Positions 44,918 to 56,393 of a DNA stretch of 64,000 bases are shown in pieces (position 1 is the first letter of the stretch; the number at the start of each line of letters is the position of its first letter). A program made the translations under genes and the position numbers. The notes beneath the pieces are model-generated. The model was not told the DNA's origin. It did no database searches and saw nothing but the letters and a program-made list of their open reading frames with translations. Origin of the DNA: Cyanidioschyzon merolae (taxonomy: Eukaryota); the NCBI GenBank assembly GCA_000091205.1, contig AP006499.2. One strand, written 5' to 3'.

Positions 44918-47900
44918 TCAGAGGTTGCCAGCTGCTGCGATGACCAAGGCATCGGGGTCTACCCAGCGGCGAATCGCGGTGTTCACCTCGTCGACGGTCA
45001 GGGATCCGATGCGATCCACGTAGTCGTCAACCCAGGTCAGAGGTCGGCCTTCATCCAAAGTGCTCATGATTGCACCAGCGAGACCACGAGTAGTGGCAAG
45101 ACCCACCTGATAACTACCATACACCGTTGCTTTCTTGGCGTCCAGCTCCGCCTGTGTAACACCATCATGATACCAGCGTTCGACCTGCTCCAAAGTAGCG
45201 GCTACGCCTCGTTCGACGTTCGTGGATCCAAAGGTTGCGCCGATCCGCCACAGGCCGTCGGTACCGAGTTCAGCACCTTCAACACCTGCGCCTATACCGT
45301 AGGTTAGACCGAGCTCGTCGCGAACCACTTGCATTAAGCGCGAGGAAAAGTTTCCACCGAGAATAAAGACGCCCATAGCGAGTGCGTAATACTCGGGGTG
45401 GTTGGAATCCATGCCCAGGGACTGCCCGATCTGCACGTCGACGCTGTCCTTGTCTGGTACACGATACGTTCGCCAGCTGGAAACCGAAGATGGATGTTTT
45501 GTGCTCGCGTTCGCCACGGTGACGCGGTCTAACGCGCGGAGTTCCAGGGGCAACGTTGCGGGAAACCCGCTGCGGCGCCATCCGCTTGGGCAGGTTGCTT
45601 CCAACAGGGACCGCGTTTCCTGCGGATCGACGTCACCTACGGCAATAAAGCGTGCATCGCTACCAAAACCATACATACGAGCGAAACGCTCCACATCGTC
45701 CACCTTGAGTGCACGAAGCGATTCTATGAGCTCCTCCAAAGGATATACAAAGTTGGGATGGCCGCGCGGAAACAGCGCCGCTGAGAAAAGCTCATCGGCC
45801 CGACGGCCTGTACTCTCTTTGGAGGCCTCGAGGTCGCCCAGAAAGCGCAGCTTGGCCATTTCAAAGTCATTCATGTCCAGACGAGGTTCGGTAAGCTGTT
45901 CCATCAGCAAACTTGCAACAAGAGGGAGATCCTTGCGCAAGCAGCGCCCGCGGAAGCGCAAGCGATTGCGGGTAACACCAAAGCTCACACGCGCGCCGAC
46001 ATTCTCCAGGAGTTCCGATATCGCAAACTTGTCCCGGTGGCGTGATCCCTGATCAAACATATCCGACACCATCTCCGCTACCATGAGCGAGCCAAACGGT
46101 TCGCGATCGCCATGATCTGTACCACCGGCTAGGGAGCCGACCAGCGTCACCACCTCCTCGGCTGCAGTGCGTAGCGTGAACTGCGTCAGGCCGCCTTCAA
46201 ACAGCATCTCACGATGTGTTCGCGCTGCTATGCGACTTCGAGGCACAGCCGGAGCTGGGCTCCCCGAAGCCTCCGCACCCGCTGTCGTCGACCGTCGCTT
46301 CTGCGTCGTCAGCGGGAGCGCTGTTGGCGCCACTCGGGTCGCTTCACGCCGCTGCGCGTCCATGGAGCTCTCTGCGTCTTCTACGATCCGACCGGCTGGC
46401 GCTGCTGCAGCGTCTTCATGATCGATAAACGCAGGATCCTCTTGGACATCGTCGTCTTCTGAGCGAAGCGGTACGAACCATCCGGTCGTACTCGCGTCCT
46501 CGCGGAAATATCGTTGAGCAGCTCTCTGAACGTCCTCCAGGCGAACCGGCTCGATACGATTCCGACAGAAAGCCGTCCAGTCGCCCATGGCAAGCGACTC
46601 GTTCAGGCCGTCGGCGATCCCGAACGTACCATCGCGGGAGAACTTGAGATACGCATTCACTTGTGATTTCGCGCGTTCGAGCTCTGCCAGCTCAATACCC
46701 TCCTTCTTGATCTGCTCTATCTCTTCCCAAAGTATTCTCTCTACCGTGGGAGAATCCGCCTGAGGGGTCAGGAAACAGTATATCTGAAAGAGGCCAGGAT
46801 CTCTGAAAGAACTCTCCCAAGCGTAGACGCGCGTAGCCAGTCCCGCATCCACAATGCGTCGATAGAGTCGTCCGGTCTTGCCGCCGGACAGTGCAACAGA
46901 CAGTACCGCTAACGCCGGAGCGTCCTCGTGCAGCCCCGGTGGCGCCTTGAATGCAATACCGATAATATGTTGTCGTCCGCTGCGTTTCACGATGAGTCGC
47001 CGCGGCCCGCGTTGCACGTCCTCTTGCGGGACGACCTGCTTCTCTTGTATCGAATGCGTTGAAGCGGGTAAAGGTCCAAAATACTGAGCTACCCATCCGA
47101 GTACCGTACAGGTGTCAGGTATATCTCCGATGATAGAGAGCGTCGCATTATTCGGATGATAAAAGGTATCATAAAACCTTCGCAGCGCAGCAGCGGTCGC
47201 ATGCTCGATATCGTCTCGCCAGCCGATTGTCGGATGGTGGTACGGATGGGCTTGATACGCCGTTGCCCATATCTCCTTGTCCAACGCTTGGAAATTATCA
47301 TTTTCGCCTCTTTCATATTCGTTTCGGACCACGGTTTTCTCAGCGAGAAGGTCCTCTTCGCGAAGCAGGGCATGACGCATGCGATCGGCTTCAATGGCAA
47401 TGGCCTCTTCGATGAACTCCGACGGCAGGACTGCGTAGTAGTTTGTTCGATCGAACCAGGTGGAGGCGTTAACATTTGCGCCAATGTTCTGGAGCACTGT
47501 CCATATGGGTCGTCCGGTTTCCTTGTTGTAGTGGCGGGAGCCCTTGAACATGAGGTGCTCCAGCAAATGCGTGCTGCCGGTGATCCCCGCAGCTTCGTTC
47601 CTGGACCCGACGAGGTACGTGATCATGACCGTGGCGACCGGTGCAGCGGCGTCCCGACGCAGCAGGACTCGCAGTCCGTTGGCATCGAGCTGGTACTCGC
47701 TGATGCCCGCCACCTGCTGAACGAAGCGGAAAGCGGGGTGTCCCTCGTTCGTCGGCAACGCACTCGCCCCAGTTGATGTTACTTGGTGCGCGTTTTCAAC
47801 AGCTCCGCTGGTGTCTGACGCCGAAGTACGAGGCGTATGGTCCCCTGCGCACGCGCTGATGTGGCGGCTCGTCTCTCGAGCACGTCCACGGCAGCAGCAC

Positions 47901-48070
47901 GAACAACAGCTGCCGCCTTGAGGTGACTGGAAACCTTTCCGAGCGTACTGGGCGCCACGAAAGAGCCGATATGGCAAAGATCGCGCTGCTTTACTCAACA
48001 AGTGTTTGCATGGAATAAAATGCGCAAACATGAGCGCTTTTCTTCGAGTCGAAACCTCTTGACGCTGCAT
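44918..48070 (-). CDS. M16 (pitrilysin/insulinase family) zinc peptidase with two tandem M16 domain pairs and a basic N-terminal presequence
   Basis: GSTHLLEHLMFKGS (inverted HxxEH). A second half from about residue 700 has its own M16-like pair. Track ORF runs to 48679, but the likely start is the internal Met MQRQEVSTRRKALMFAH... near 48070. Confidence 0.75.
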   Translation of the reverse strand: MQRQEVSTRRKALMFAHFIPCKHLLSKAARSLPYRLFRGAQYARKGFQSPQGGSCCSCCCRGRARETSRHISACAGDHTPRTSASDTSGAVENAHQVTSTGASALPTNEGHPAFRFVQQVAGISEYQLDANGLRVLLRRDAAAPVATVMITYLVGSRNEAAGITGSTHLLEHLMFKGSRHYNKETGRPIWTVLQNIGANVNASTWFDRTNYYAVLPSEFIEEAIAIEADRMRHALLREEDLLAEKTVVRNEYERGENDNFQALDKEIWATAYQAHPYHHPTIGWRDDIEHATAAALRRFYDTFYHPNNATLSIIGDIPDTCTVLGWVAQYFGPLPASTHSIQEKQVVPQEDVQRGPRRLIVKRSGRQHIIGIAFKAPPGLHEDAPALAVLSVALSGGKTGRLYRRIVDAGLATRVYAWESSFRDPGLFQIYCFLTPQADSPTVERILWEEIEQIKKEGIELAELERAKSQVNAYLKFSRDGTFGIADGLNESLAMGDWTAFCRNRIEPVRLEDVQRAAQRYFREDASTTGWFVPLRSEDDDVQEDPAFIDHEDAAAAPAGRIVEDAESSMDAQRREATRVAPTALPLTTQKRRSTTAGAEASGSPAPAVPRSRIAARTHREMLFEGGLTQFTLRTAAEEVVTLVGSLAGGTDHGDREPFGSLMVAEMVSDMFDQGSRHRDKFAISELLENVGARVSFGVTRNRLRFRGRCLRKDLPLVASLLMEQLTEPRLDMNDFEMAKLRFLGDLEASKESTGRRADELFSAALFPRGHPNFVYPLEELIESLRALKVDDVERFARMYGFGSDARFIAVGDVDPQETRSLLEATCPSGWRRSGFPATLPLELRALDRVTVANASTKHPSSVSSWRTYRVPDKDSVDVQIGQSLGMDSNHPEYYALAMGVFILGGNFSSRLMQVVRDELGLTYGIGAGVEGAELGTDGLWRIGATFGSTNVERGVAATLEQVERWYHDGVTQAELDAKKATVYGSYQVGLATTRGLAGAIMSTLDEGRPLTWVDDYVDRIGSLTVDEVNTAIRRWVDPDALVIAAAGNL

Positions 48071-49151
48071 AGAAGTCGTCCTTGCACAGCAAAAGTGGAC
48101 TTGGACGGGAAAGTCTCCGCCGAGGCGCATCGTGCGAGCGCGCACGAACGCTTCATGGAGGCACGCTACGTAGGCACATGTGTACATCGGCAGGTTTCTT
48201 TGGCAAGTAGGCAAACAGTTACGGTGGCAGGCAAGCACACGGGCACACGGGCAAGCACGAGTGTAACGAGTACGCAAGGTACTTGCTGCCAGGAACCCGT
48301 GCGGCACTTTACGGAAACGTAACAAGGGTGCAGGTAGCCTGTGAACCTGTCTGACTGCGGGTACTCGTGTCTCGCCCGCTGGAGGGTTTACGGACCTTCG
48401 GACAAGGTCCAGTTGCTTAAGCGTACGATCATGGTGCGCAAACAGGGAGTTATAGCACACCTTGCACCCGCTGAGCGCAACTGCAACAGCGAAACGTGTA
48501 CCGATGTTTTCGGAACTGCAAAAAGTGACCGAGGGTAGTACGGGAGCCCTGGATGAGGCGCATCTGCTGCCCGGCGCCATGCGAGCTCCAAGGGACAGCG
48601 TGCGCAGGGCCAGCACCAGAGCGCTTCTCTCCGCTTCGCGTGTGCGAACAGACTTGTCGTGAAGCTGTCTGAAATTCAAACAAAAACTCTCCAGTTTCTT
48701 GCAACGCCACGTCGCAATACGGTTTCATAGAGCGCCTCTGACCGATCCGTCCTGGCGTCGGCAAGTGTGCGAGCGCTTGTGATATCGGAGGTTTACGCAA
48801 ACGGCAACCAGCACTGAGCCCGTCGCCGCTCCGGCCTATGCGATGGACCAAATGCGACGTGATGCTTCAAACGTATGACGGCGTTCTTGGCAACTGGTTA
48901 CCAGCAGTAATGTCTGTGTAATTTGCCGACAATGTTTTTCTAGGTTTCATGATGAACTCTTGCACACAGCGCCAGCAAGCCTGGGCGCTGAATACCTCCT
49001 TCGTTCTCGACACGCAGAAGCGGCCCTGCGTGGTATCGCCACCGTGACCCGCGGCCCCATACTCAAGGGCTATAGCGCATCAGCTCTTCTACGATTCGAT
49101 TGGGCGCAAAAAGAGCTTTTCAGAATCCATTCCAATGCGCCTATATATCCG

Positions 49152-49940
49152 CTAAAACTCCGGGGGTGCGGGTGCATCCTCGAGGCGGTTGTGGCGCTGA
49201 AACCGTCGGTGCCCTCGGCGGGGCGTCAGATGAGGTGGCCAAATCGTGCCCGGTCCAAGCTCATCTTGTACTTCTTCTCGCCCCGCACTAGTTTCCAGCT
49301 GGCGGAGCTGACGACTAGATACCTCATTATCGGTTCTGGCTACAGCCAATTCGGTTTTTAGGTGAGCAATCTGCCGCAACAGGTTCTCTTCGCGGACAGA
49401 TGCCTCTTCTCGGACTCGTTGGAGCTCCTCCTGCAGAACTCGGAGTGATTCTCGCTGGTTGCGCACCAGTTCCTGCATGAAGCCTTGCAACTCAGAGCGT
49501 AACACTTCCTGCTGGGTGCGTGCGTCGTCAGCAGGGGTCGTAGCCGCTGGCGCTGCTGAGTCCAGCAAACGCGACTGCAGCGCAGCGAGTTGCTCTTCAA
49601 TGCGTGTGCTGCGCCTGCGCTCCGTCTCCAGTTGCTCCTCTAGCGCCTTTTTTGTCATCTGAAGACGGTGGACCTCGTCATCAGATTCGCGTAAGTAACT
49701 TGTAGCCAAAGCATAAGTTTCACGAATTAGCGCCTGTTCACTGTCTTCCCAGAACTGTTGTAGCTTCGCGGTGGCGTCGTGCACCACTTGCTTCCATTGC
49801 TCCAGGTTCTCTGGTTTGGCCTGTTCCACAGCTTGACGGACCAAGTCTGCGTCCAGCCTCTCGGCACTTGATATTCTCTCCTCTTCGAAAGCGTTTGCAA
49901 GACTAGTGAGCTCAGCTCTGAGCGAAGCGGCTCGGCTCAT
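49152..49940 (-). CDS. coiled-coil protein (hypothetical)
   Basis: 262 aa, heptad-rich Glu/Leu/Arg/Gln composition throughout. Clean ATG. Confidence 0.45.
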   Translation of the reverse strand: MSRAASLRAELTSLANAFEEERISSAERLDADLVRQAVEQAKPENLEQWKQVVHDATAKLQQFWEDSEQALIRETYALATSYLRESDDEVHRLQMTKKALEEQLETERRRSTRIEEQLAALQSRLLDSAAPAATTPADDARTQQEVLRSELQGFMQELVRNQRESLRVLQEELQRVREEASVREENLLRQIAHLKTELAVARTDNEVSSRQLRQLETSAGREEVQDELGPGTIWPPHLTPRRGHRRFQRHNRLEDAPAPPEF

Positions 49941-50103
49941 GGTGGCGGCTGAGCACGCACCAGCACCGCCGCTCTAAGTCGAACGACGCCAACGGTGCAC
50001 AGTAGTGGCGATAAACCCTCCCTAGACAAAACGTCTCCAACTGACGTGTAGACGCCTCCCCGTGTTTTTTGACCGGCCACCCACTACTGTTTCCAATTTC
50101 TTC

Positions 50104-51310
50104 TCATATAGTTAACCTTTTGGGAGGTTGTCTCACAAAATTCTCTCTTGTCATCTCTGGAAGTCTTTTTTCCATCACCACACATTTCCTGATATTAATT
50201 GCGGCGTTAAAGTCTCGGTTCACAAACTCCATCCGTTTCTTGCCATCATTGATTGTACTTACTAATGCAAGTCGCCCATGAACGTTCGCCCTCCTTTCCA
50301 TTTGCTATCCCGTCAGCGGTCCGTATTTTTCATATCCTCAGGGCTCCGCTGGCACTTTTCCATCTCGAATCTCTGAAGTGTGCATCCCAGCTCATGGTGT
50401 ATATACAATGCTCGGAACTCATCGATCGGTAGCGGAACGAAACGCCTTGCGCACTCCTTGTACGTTCTCGCCGGTGGAGCTGGTGTAGTCCCTTTTTGGG
50501 TCTTCCAGCGTCCTGCTCCGTATGCCACTACGAGCCTCTGACGTTCATCCTCCTTCAAGCCACTCAACTGATTGAAAAAGTTGGCAAACGCCCGCTGCTT
50601 CCCACAATACAGATTCATTCGCAGACGAGCCCACCGAGGCTTTGTATACCCTTTCCACAGCGCATCCCAATGAGCAACGCGACCTTCCATGAATTTTCGA
50701 AAAGCTTCAAAGTCCGCTCCTCGACTCGTCACCTTGCTCAAAGCCTCCAGGTGCTCTTTCACTTATGCGTTCCACGTCTCGATTTTATTCCTTGCATTCA
50801 TGATTCTGGAGTCTCGATAGTATCTTGCTCTCGAGAACTTTAAAATACTCATGCCTTTCTGAAGTAAGTTGCCGTGGATACCATCTTCCGCACGCTTGGG
50901 TACTGCGATGGTTATGATACTTGTGCCCCAGGGTCCGCGCCAACGACAAAGTCGTTATCCTGCACTTTCTGCGTCGCAGAATCCGCCTCCTTCTCATCTT
51001 CATGCTTCGTTACGGGCGAGGCCGAGCATGGAACAAGACGATCCGCCTTCAAGCGCCGACGGTGTACACACATGGATACCCCATCGGTTTCGATCACCCC
51101 AGTGAATACCTTTTGTTCGCTGACTTTCAAACGTTTGATTTCGAAGATATTCTTCTGGTACTTCTCCCGGTTTACACCGGTGAACTCCTTCCTGCTAACC
51201 TTGAACTCCGGACAGATCTCCCTCATGATGCCATGAAGGACTGCGGAATCGATGGTCACGAAATGTGCCCTGATGTTGCACAACGGAACCACGTTGAAGC
51301 GCTTCTCCAT
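50104..51310 (-). mobile_element. TnpB/Fanzor-like relic, family A copy A3 (diverged subfamily)
   Basis: Three consecutive minus ORFs in different frames: ...[12 protein letters not shown] (RuvC-I-like, near 50920-50950); RLVVAYGAGRWKTQKGTTPAPPARTYKECARRFVPLPIDEFRALYIHHELGC (50313-50762); KKRMEFVNRDFNAAINIRKCVV...NFVRQPPKRLTI* (50104-50301). 12-bp frame break at 50301/50313. May extend 5' to about 51900. The 3' end is about 160 bp from the coiled-coil gene ATG. Confidence 0.6.
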
Positions 51311-52299
51311 TAGGAACGCTTCCGTCTCTCAGACGCTTCATTGTTCCCGCGATTCAGCTCCATCTCCGCCTTGGGTTCGAGCTCTCGGTCTAGGTGCACG
51401 AAATAGCGCATAATTAGGGGATATCATCATTTTTTCACCTTTTTTCATATCTGATACCTTTTCTGCTGGGTTGACCGGCCTCAAGGGTGCACGGTGCTCA
51501 TGAATAGTCGCACGGATTATAGAATCCTCATTCGTGCACCTGCGTGATGTCTTCTTGTCGACGAACTCGATCTCCTGTTCAAGCTGGCGATCGTCCGTCA
51601 TCCCATTGGTGATGGCCCATCTTTCCTTCGCGAGAGAGACCCGGTTGGAGTGCAAACACGGCGCATATCATGAAGCCCTGGAGGTTCATGGTTAAACGGT
51701 CTCCAAGTTCGTTAGGTACCGCATGGCCCCGTGGGTGTAAATATTCCAGTCCCTCTGCATCGAGTACCGTAGAAGCTGTAGAAGGGATGCTTTTCGTGGA
51801 GGGCATGCACCCGCTCATTTCCCCTCGAGGTTTCCCCTGTGGCGAGCACCAGGTGGCGGAGAAGGGTCCTGCTGAAAAATTCTTCCGGAACCTCGGCTGT
51901 TTCGATGTCGGCCACGTCTTCATTCATCTCCTTCACCAAATGCATTAGCCCTGACGAAGCCTTTATAACACTCATGGAGTAAGACGCAACACGGTTTCTG
52001 GGAGTCTCTTGCAACGCTTCCTTGGACGGATGCTTGATATGTATAAGATGGCAGGCTTTGACAACCATCACGTCGTTGTGCCGTCTTTCTTGCAGCCTTT
52101 GACGTCGGGCCTCCTTCATTCGCTTCTTTGTCTCGTCCTGTTCCTCTTCGCACTGGACTGTGTGTTCGTTTGTATCCGCCAGCTGGCGACACTGGGCCTC
52201 CAGGAGCCTCCACTTTCACTCGCATAACTTTCCTTTTTAGTTTTTTTTCTGAGAAAGAACGCACTTTGAATGCTTCAGGTATAAACAGCGAAAAATCAC

Positions 52300-53620
52300 T
52301 TGAATACACTTACTTGAGGGTTGGAATACGATTGAACTGAAAAGCATACTTTGCTACGACTTCAATGCAAATACACCGCGTGCAGCAGAACAACACGCTC
52401 TTGATACCGATCGCGTTTCCGTTCAAGAGCAGCATGCGCGAAGTGTCTCGTGTAACTGGCTGATGTCTCTGGTGCACGTGTCCAGCCCCCTACAGAAAAA
52501 AAAACAGAGACTCACGACTAACTGGCAACGATATGACAATTTCTTTCCCCCCTCTAAGGTAAACGTTAAAAGGCGAAAAGGTTTCCATATTGTCGAAAGT
52601 TTATTTTATAGGCGAAACGTCCCGCGAGCCGGACGTGTCTGCCAGACCAGTGCTTCATGCGACCCCAGTGGAAGGTGCTTGCTGGAAACCCGAGCAACTC
52701 GTGCGAAATGCAGTTTATTATGGGACTAGGAGCGGGTATGCTGCGTCAGGGCGTCGGCCTGGTCGCAGTTATCTCCTTACATATCGCTTGGCGCTGCCGC
52801 AGGCACTAGGTCTGTCTGCAGAGCTTGCAGGCTCCCAGAAAGATTATGTACTCTGGCGCTGTATCGGGAAAAGCGCTCCTCGATTGGACGCCCTCTGTGG
52901 TACGGTAACGCGGTTTTGTCTCCGCGATCCATCTGTTCCAGCGGTTTAGGCGCCACTACGGGTGCTCATGGTAGGTACTCGCGCTCGCTAGAACGTAAAA
53001 ACCGACCAGTATGTCCGCGATGAAGCATAGGTAATGTAACTTGGGAGTAGGGAGTTTGATGGATACTTCAATGCGCACTGAAAAAAATAGGAAAAGAAAA
53101 AGCGCATAATCGGCGAACGCTGGCCAATGTCAACGTTTTGTCAATTAAAAAAATCTGCGAATACCTGACCACAACGAAATGGCACCGATGCGACGGGCGC
53201 GCTCAGTTTCCACCCCGAAAAGACGGGAATGACAAGCGCTGCACAAACCGCAACGACCGCTTGTGCGTGATACGTATGAGCAAGAGCCTGGAGCAGTGAG
53301 ATAGGGACCTGGACGCTGCCATCAACATTCTTCGACTGCTGCGAATGAAGCTGGAGTCAAAACGAGAGACCAACGAATTAAAAACCGGAGGTATGAGGGA
53401 GCGAAAGGAGGCTATTGCAGAAAAGGTCCACAAATCCAAAGTATCAATGACTACAGGAAGAGACCAAAACTCTAGCGTGCGCACCCGAGTGAGTAACGCG
53501 GAACCTTCCATGGTAGTCTGCCGTGGGTACCGGGGAGCCCCGTGTCCATCGCGAGACACTCTCGCAGAGCGTCCGCCTTGTTTTCGGAGGAAGCAGGCGG
53601 AAAAGCGGCAACGCCATGCA
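52300..53620 (+). mobile_element. TnpB-like relic, family B copy B2
   Basis: + strand 53300-53341 translates DRDLDAAINILRLL (near-canonical TnpB RuvC-III) preceded by HRCDG...KRCTNRNDRLC (decayed Zn finger) in the same frame after a stop. Upstream GFHIVESLFYRRN (RuvC-II-like E, about 52595) and W...VEG...AVYY in a second frame. Tail 53350-53600 is about 75% identical to the B1 tail. Carries about 0.4 kb extra internal sequence relative to B1. Confidence 0.5.
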
Positions 53621-54438
53621 AGCCTCGTTATGGCGGTCACGTCGCGGGAACATACACACAGCAATGACCCAGCAGTCACGTGCCGTCCGCGGAACCTTCC
53701 GCCAAGGCAGCCACGTTCGAGTGTGGCCATCACGAACGAGCGCTGCAACTCGGGCACGATGACGGCATCCAGTGGGCACAACGGCCATTCACACCCAGTC
53801 TGCGTTTCGCGTTACTTCTGAGGCCTGGAATGGAGTCGAGCTCAGTTCCCCGGAGGCCAATGGAAATCGACTATTCGGCGGATTTCCGGTCCCGCGAGTA
53901 TTGGTCCTACACCACAAGAAAATCGCCATGAGCGCTCCGACGCTCAACCGTATCCCCCTCGTGGGCTCTGTCGGAGCCCTGAGGCACACAACCGGACACC
54001 CGAGTTCTGACCCAGCCACCGGGCAGCTTGGACGGCAAACGCTCAGCGAGCTTAACGCATCGCATCGCTCTGACGACCACATGCACATCAAGCTGGATGC
54101 AACCGAAAACGAAATGCGTGAAACGCCTACTCATGGCGTTCAGGGGATCCCAACGACCACGACGCGGAAGCGACGAAGCGCTCCGCAATCCGGTCGCGTT
54201 TCCGACACATCTGCAGTAAACTTAGGAATCATCGTCGTTTACGCGTATTGCGAACCCGATATGTCAGTATAATTCCGTCCTTCTGATGCCGCTGCGATCA
54301 CGTTAGAGGTACCGGGAGACACCGTCCATGGCTCCAAACGTCCACAGGCAGCGTGCAAGAAGCGTGAGCTTCGCCGGAGTGCGCACACTCGCCACCACGA
54401 GTACCAACGCCGCTGTGTTGGGTGTTCGTGTCGTACGC

Positions 54439-54963
54439 TTACGGCACGAGCTCGGGCAGATTCTCCGTCAGGAACTGGGTAAGTGCGGGTTTGCCTATAG
54501 CCCCTTCGTGTCGCGCAACAACATCCCCTTTTTTCATGAGAATTAGGGTTGGAAGCCCTGAAATGCCGTACCGAGTCAAGAACTTGGGGTTCGTATCCGT
54601 ATCCAATTTGTATACCTTCATCTTTCCCGAAAATTCGTTCGCCGCCCAGTCGATCAACGGCGCAATCAGCTTGCAGGGCCCGCACCACTCCGCGTAAAAG
54701 TCTACCAAGACAGGCACATCCGCCTGAAGCACCTCCGATTCAAACATATCATCCGTTAGAGTCGGCGCTTTGCAGACCAGAGTGCGCGCCGAGCCAGCTA
54801 CTCGCCTCTTCTCAAAAGCAGGTACACGACGCGAAGCCCAGCGTTGGCGCTGCGACTGGTTTCGCACCACTGGACAGTGCGAGCTCATCGGCCGTGAGCA
54901 CACTGCTCGCGTACCAGCGTTCCTTCCGCTTGGAGAACTTGGTGCGTTGCCTATGACGAACAT
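54439..54963 (-). CDS. thioredoxin (m-type-like) with organellar presequence
   Basis: VLVDFYAEWCGPCKLIAPLIDWAANEF...GLPTLILMKKG. About 70-aa Ser/Arg-rich N-terminal extension. ATG 54961-54963. Confidence 0.9.
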   Translation of the reverse strand: MFVIGNAPSSPSGRNAGTRAVCSRPMSSHCPVVRNQSQRQRWASRRVPAFEKRRVAGSARTLVCKAPTLTDDMFESEVLQADVPVLVDFYAEWCGPCKLIAPLIDWAANEFSGKMKVYKLDTDTNPKFLTRYGISGLPTLILMKKGDVVARHEGAIGKPALTQFLTENLPELVP

Positions 54964-56322
54964 TCTCGAGAAGTGAACTGTTTACCTCGACGCGTGCAGA
55001 GGCGCGTTCAGCGGCTCACGATTCAGAGCCTACACACAACGCAGAAGACCCGCGGAGGCGGACGACGAGGAGGAAGGGTTCCAGGTCGAGAATCCGCGCG
55101 CTCGGCGGATGCGACGCCTCTTTGCGAGCGCGCCTCGTCAGCCGTGCTCGAAGTGCTTTTGCCGATAACGAAGTGTTTACATTGACCACTGGATCCCAGA
55201 TTATGGGGTGTGTATTACGATTCATGTAGTCGTCCACCATGATGCATCATACCTCCCAGTTCCGTTTCCTGTTTTCGGATGTACCGGTCGTTTTGTACAG
55301 TCTATTGTGCGGCGAGTGCCAGCCGTGCGTTATCCGCCTTGGCGCCTGAACACTGCTGGCGCGGATCCGTCTCGGAGACAGAAGGGCCTAGCCATACCAC
55401 TGAGCGCGTCGGCTCGAAAGGTCGTTCACTAGTCACAGAATTAGGATTCTTTATCGTTCTGGGAGCCTGCAAGCTGCGCAGAGAGACGTACTGGCTGCGG
55501 CAGCGTGTAGCGATATACTGGGAGACCACTGCGACCAGGCCGACGCCCCGACGCTCCCTAACTGCCCTAGTCCCAGAATAAACTGCGCTGCGGACGAGTT
55601 GCTCAGTTGCCACTACAGCACGCGCCACTGCAGCGCCGCATGAAGCACGATCCGAGCAGACTCGTCCGGCTCCCGGGGCCTTCCGCCCATGAGGTAAATT
55701 GTCGACAATGCGGAAAACTTTTCCCCTATTTGGAGTTTACCGTAGAACAGGGAAAGAAATCGTAATCTCATTCCTAGCTACTGATTCGTTTCTCTTTTTT
55801 GTTTTCTATAGCGCGCGCTCGATACGCGCATTTACGTATCTGATAGACTTGAGATATGACGCCACAGAGTCTATGACGTTTCGATCTTGCACTGGGAAAA
55901 GCTTCGGTGCATTTCACACTGCAGGCGCACCCGCTCTCGGTGTCACGTTTCAGGGCAGGGTTGCGGTGCGGCTCACGTCGCCGCGTCTGTTTTCTGCAGG
56001 CGCAGCACGAGGTACCTGCGGAACCCCATAATGGATAATTCTGGACCGCTGGTGAGCCCGCATAACGCAATACCTCTACCAACTGGCACGGATCCGATGG
56101 GTATGCCTAGAACACTGCGAACAGTTGAACTCGTCGTTGCCATGTGCTCGAGCGATGCCCCCGGTATCAGCTTCTTTCCATGCCTGGAAACGTGATCGCA
56201 AGAGGCGGGCCATTGATGCCACGAAATCGGGGTCTCTGGTGGGACAGGCTGCTGTCGTATAGCGCATCGTACCCAGAAAACGCGTATGGGCATGGACATG
56301 CCTCTATGACTGCGTTCCTCAT

Positions 56323-56393
56323 TGTGTGTGTGTGTGTGTGTACCTGCCTGCCTGCCTGCCTACTTGCGTACTTGCTTGCGTGCCCTACAGACC
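56323..56393. repeat. compound microsatellite (GT)n-(CCTG)n-(CTTGC)n
   Basis: tgtgtgtgtgtgtgtgtgtgtacctgcctgcctgcctgcctacttgcgtacttgcttgcg read directly. Confidence 0.9.

Noticed and set aside
50301-50313. Interpreting frame breaks inside the TnpB-like copies as spliceosomal introns
   Set aside because: Breaks are 0-12 bp (for example between 50313 and 50301), far too short for introns. Host genes here are intronless. Multiple independent breaks per copy fit pseudogenes.
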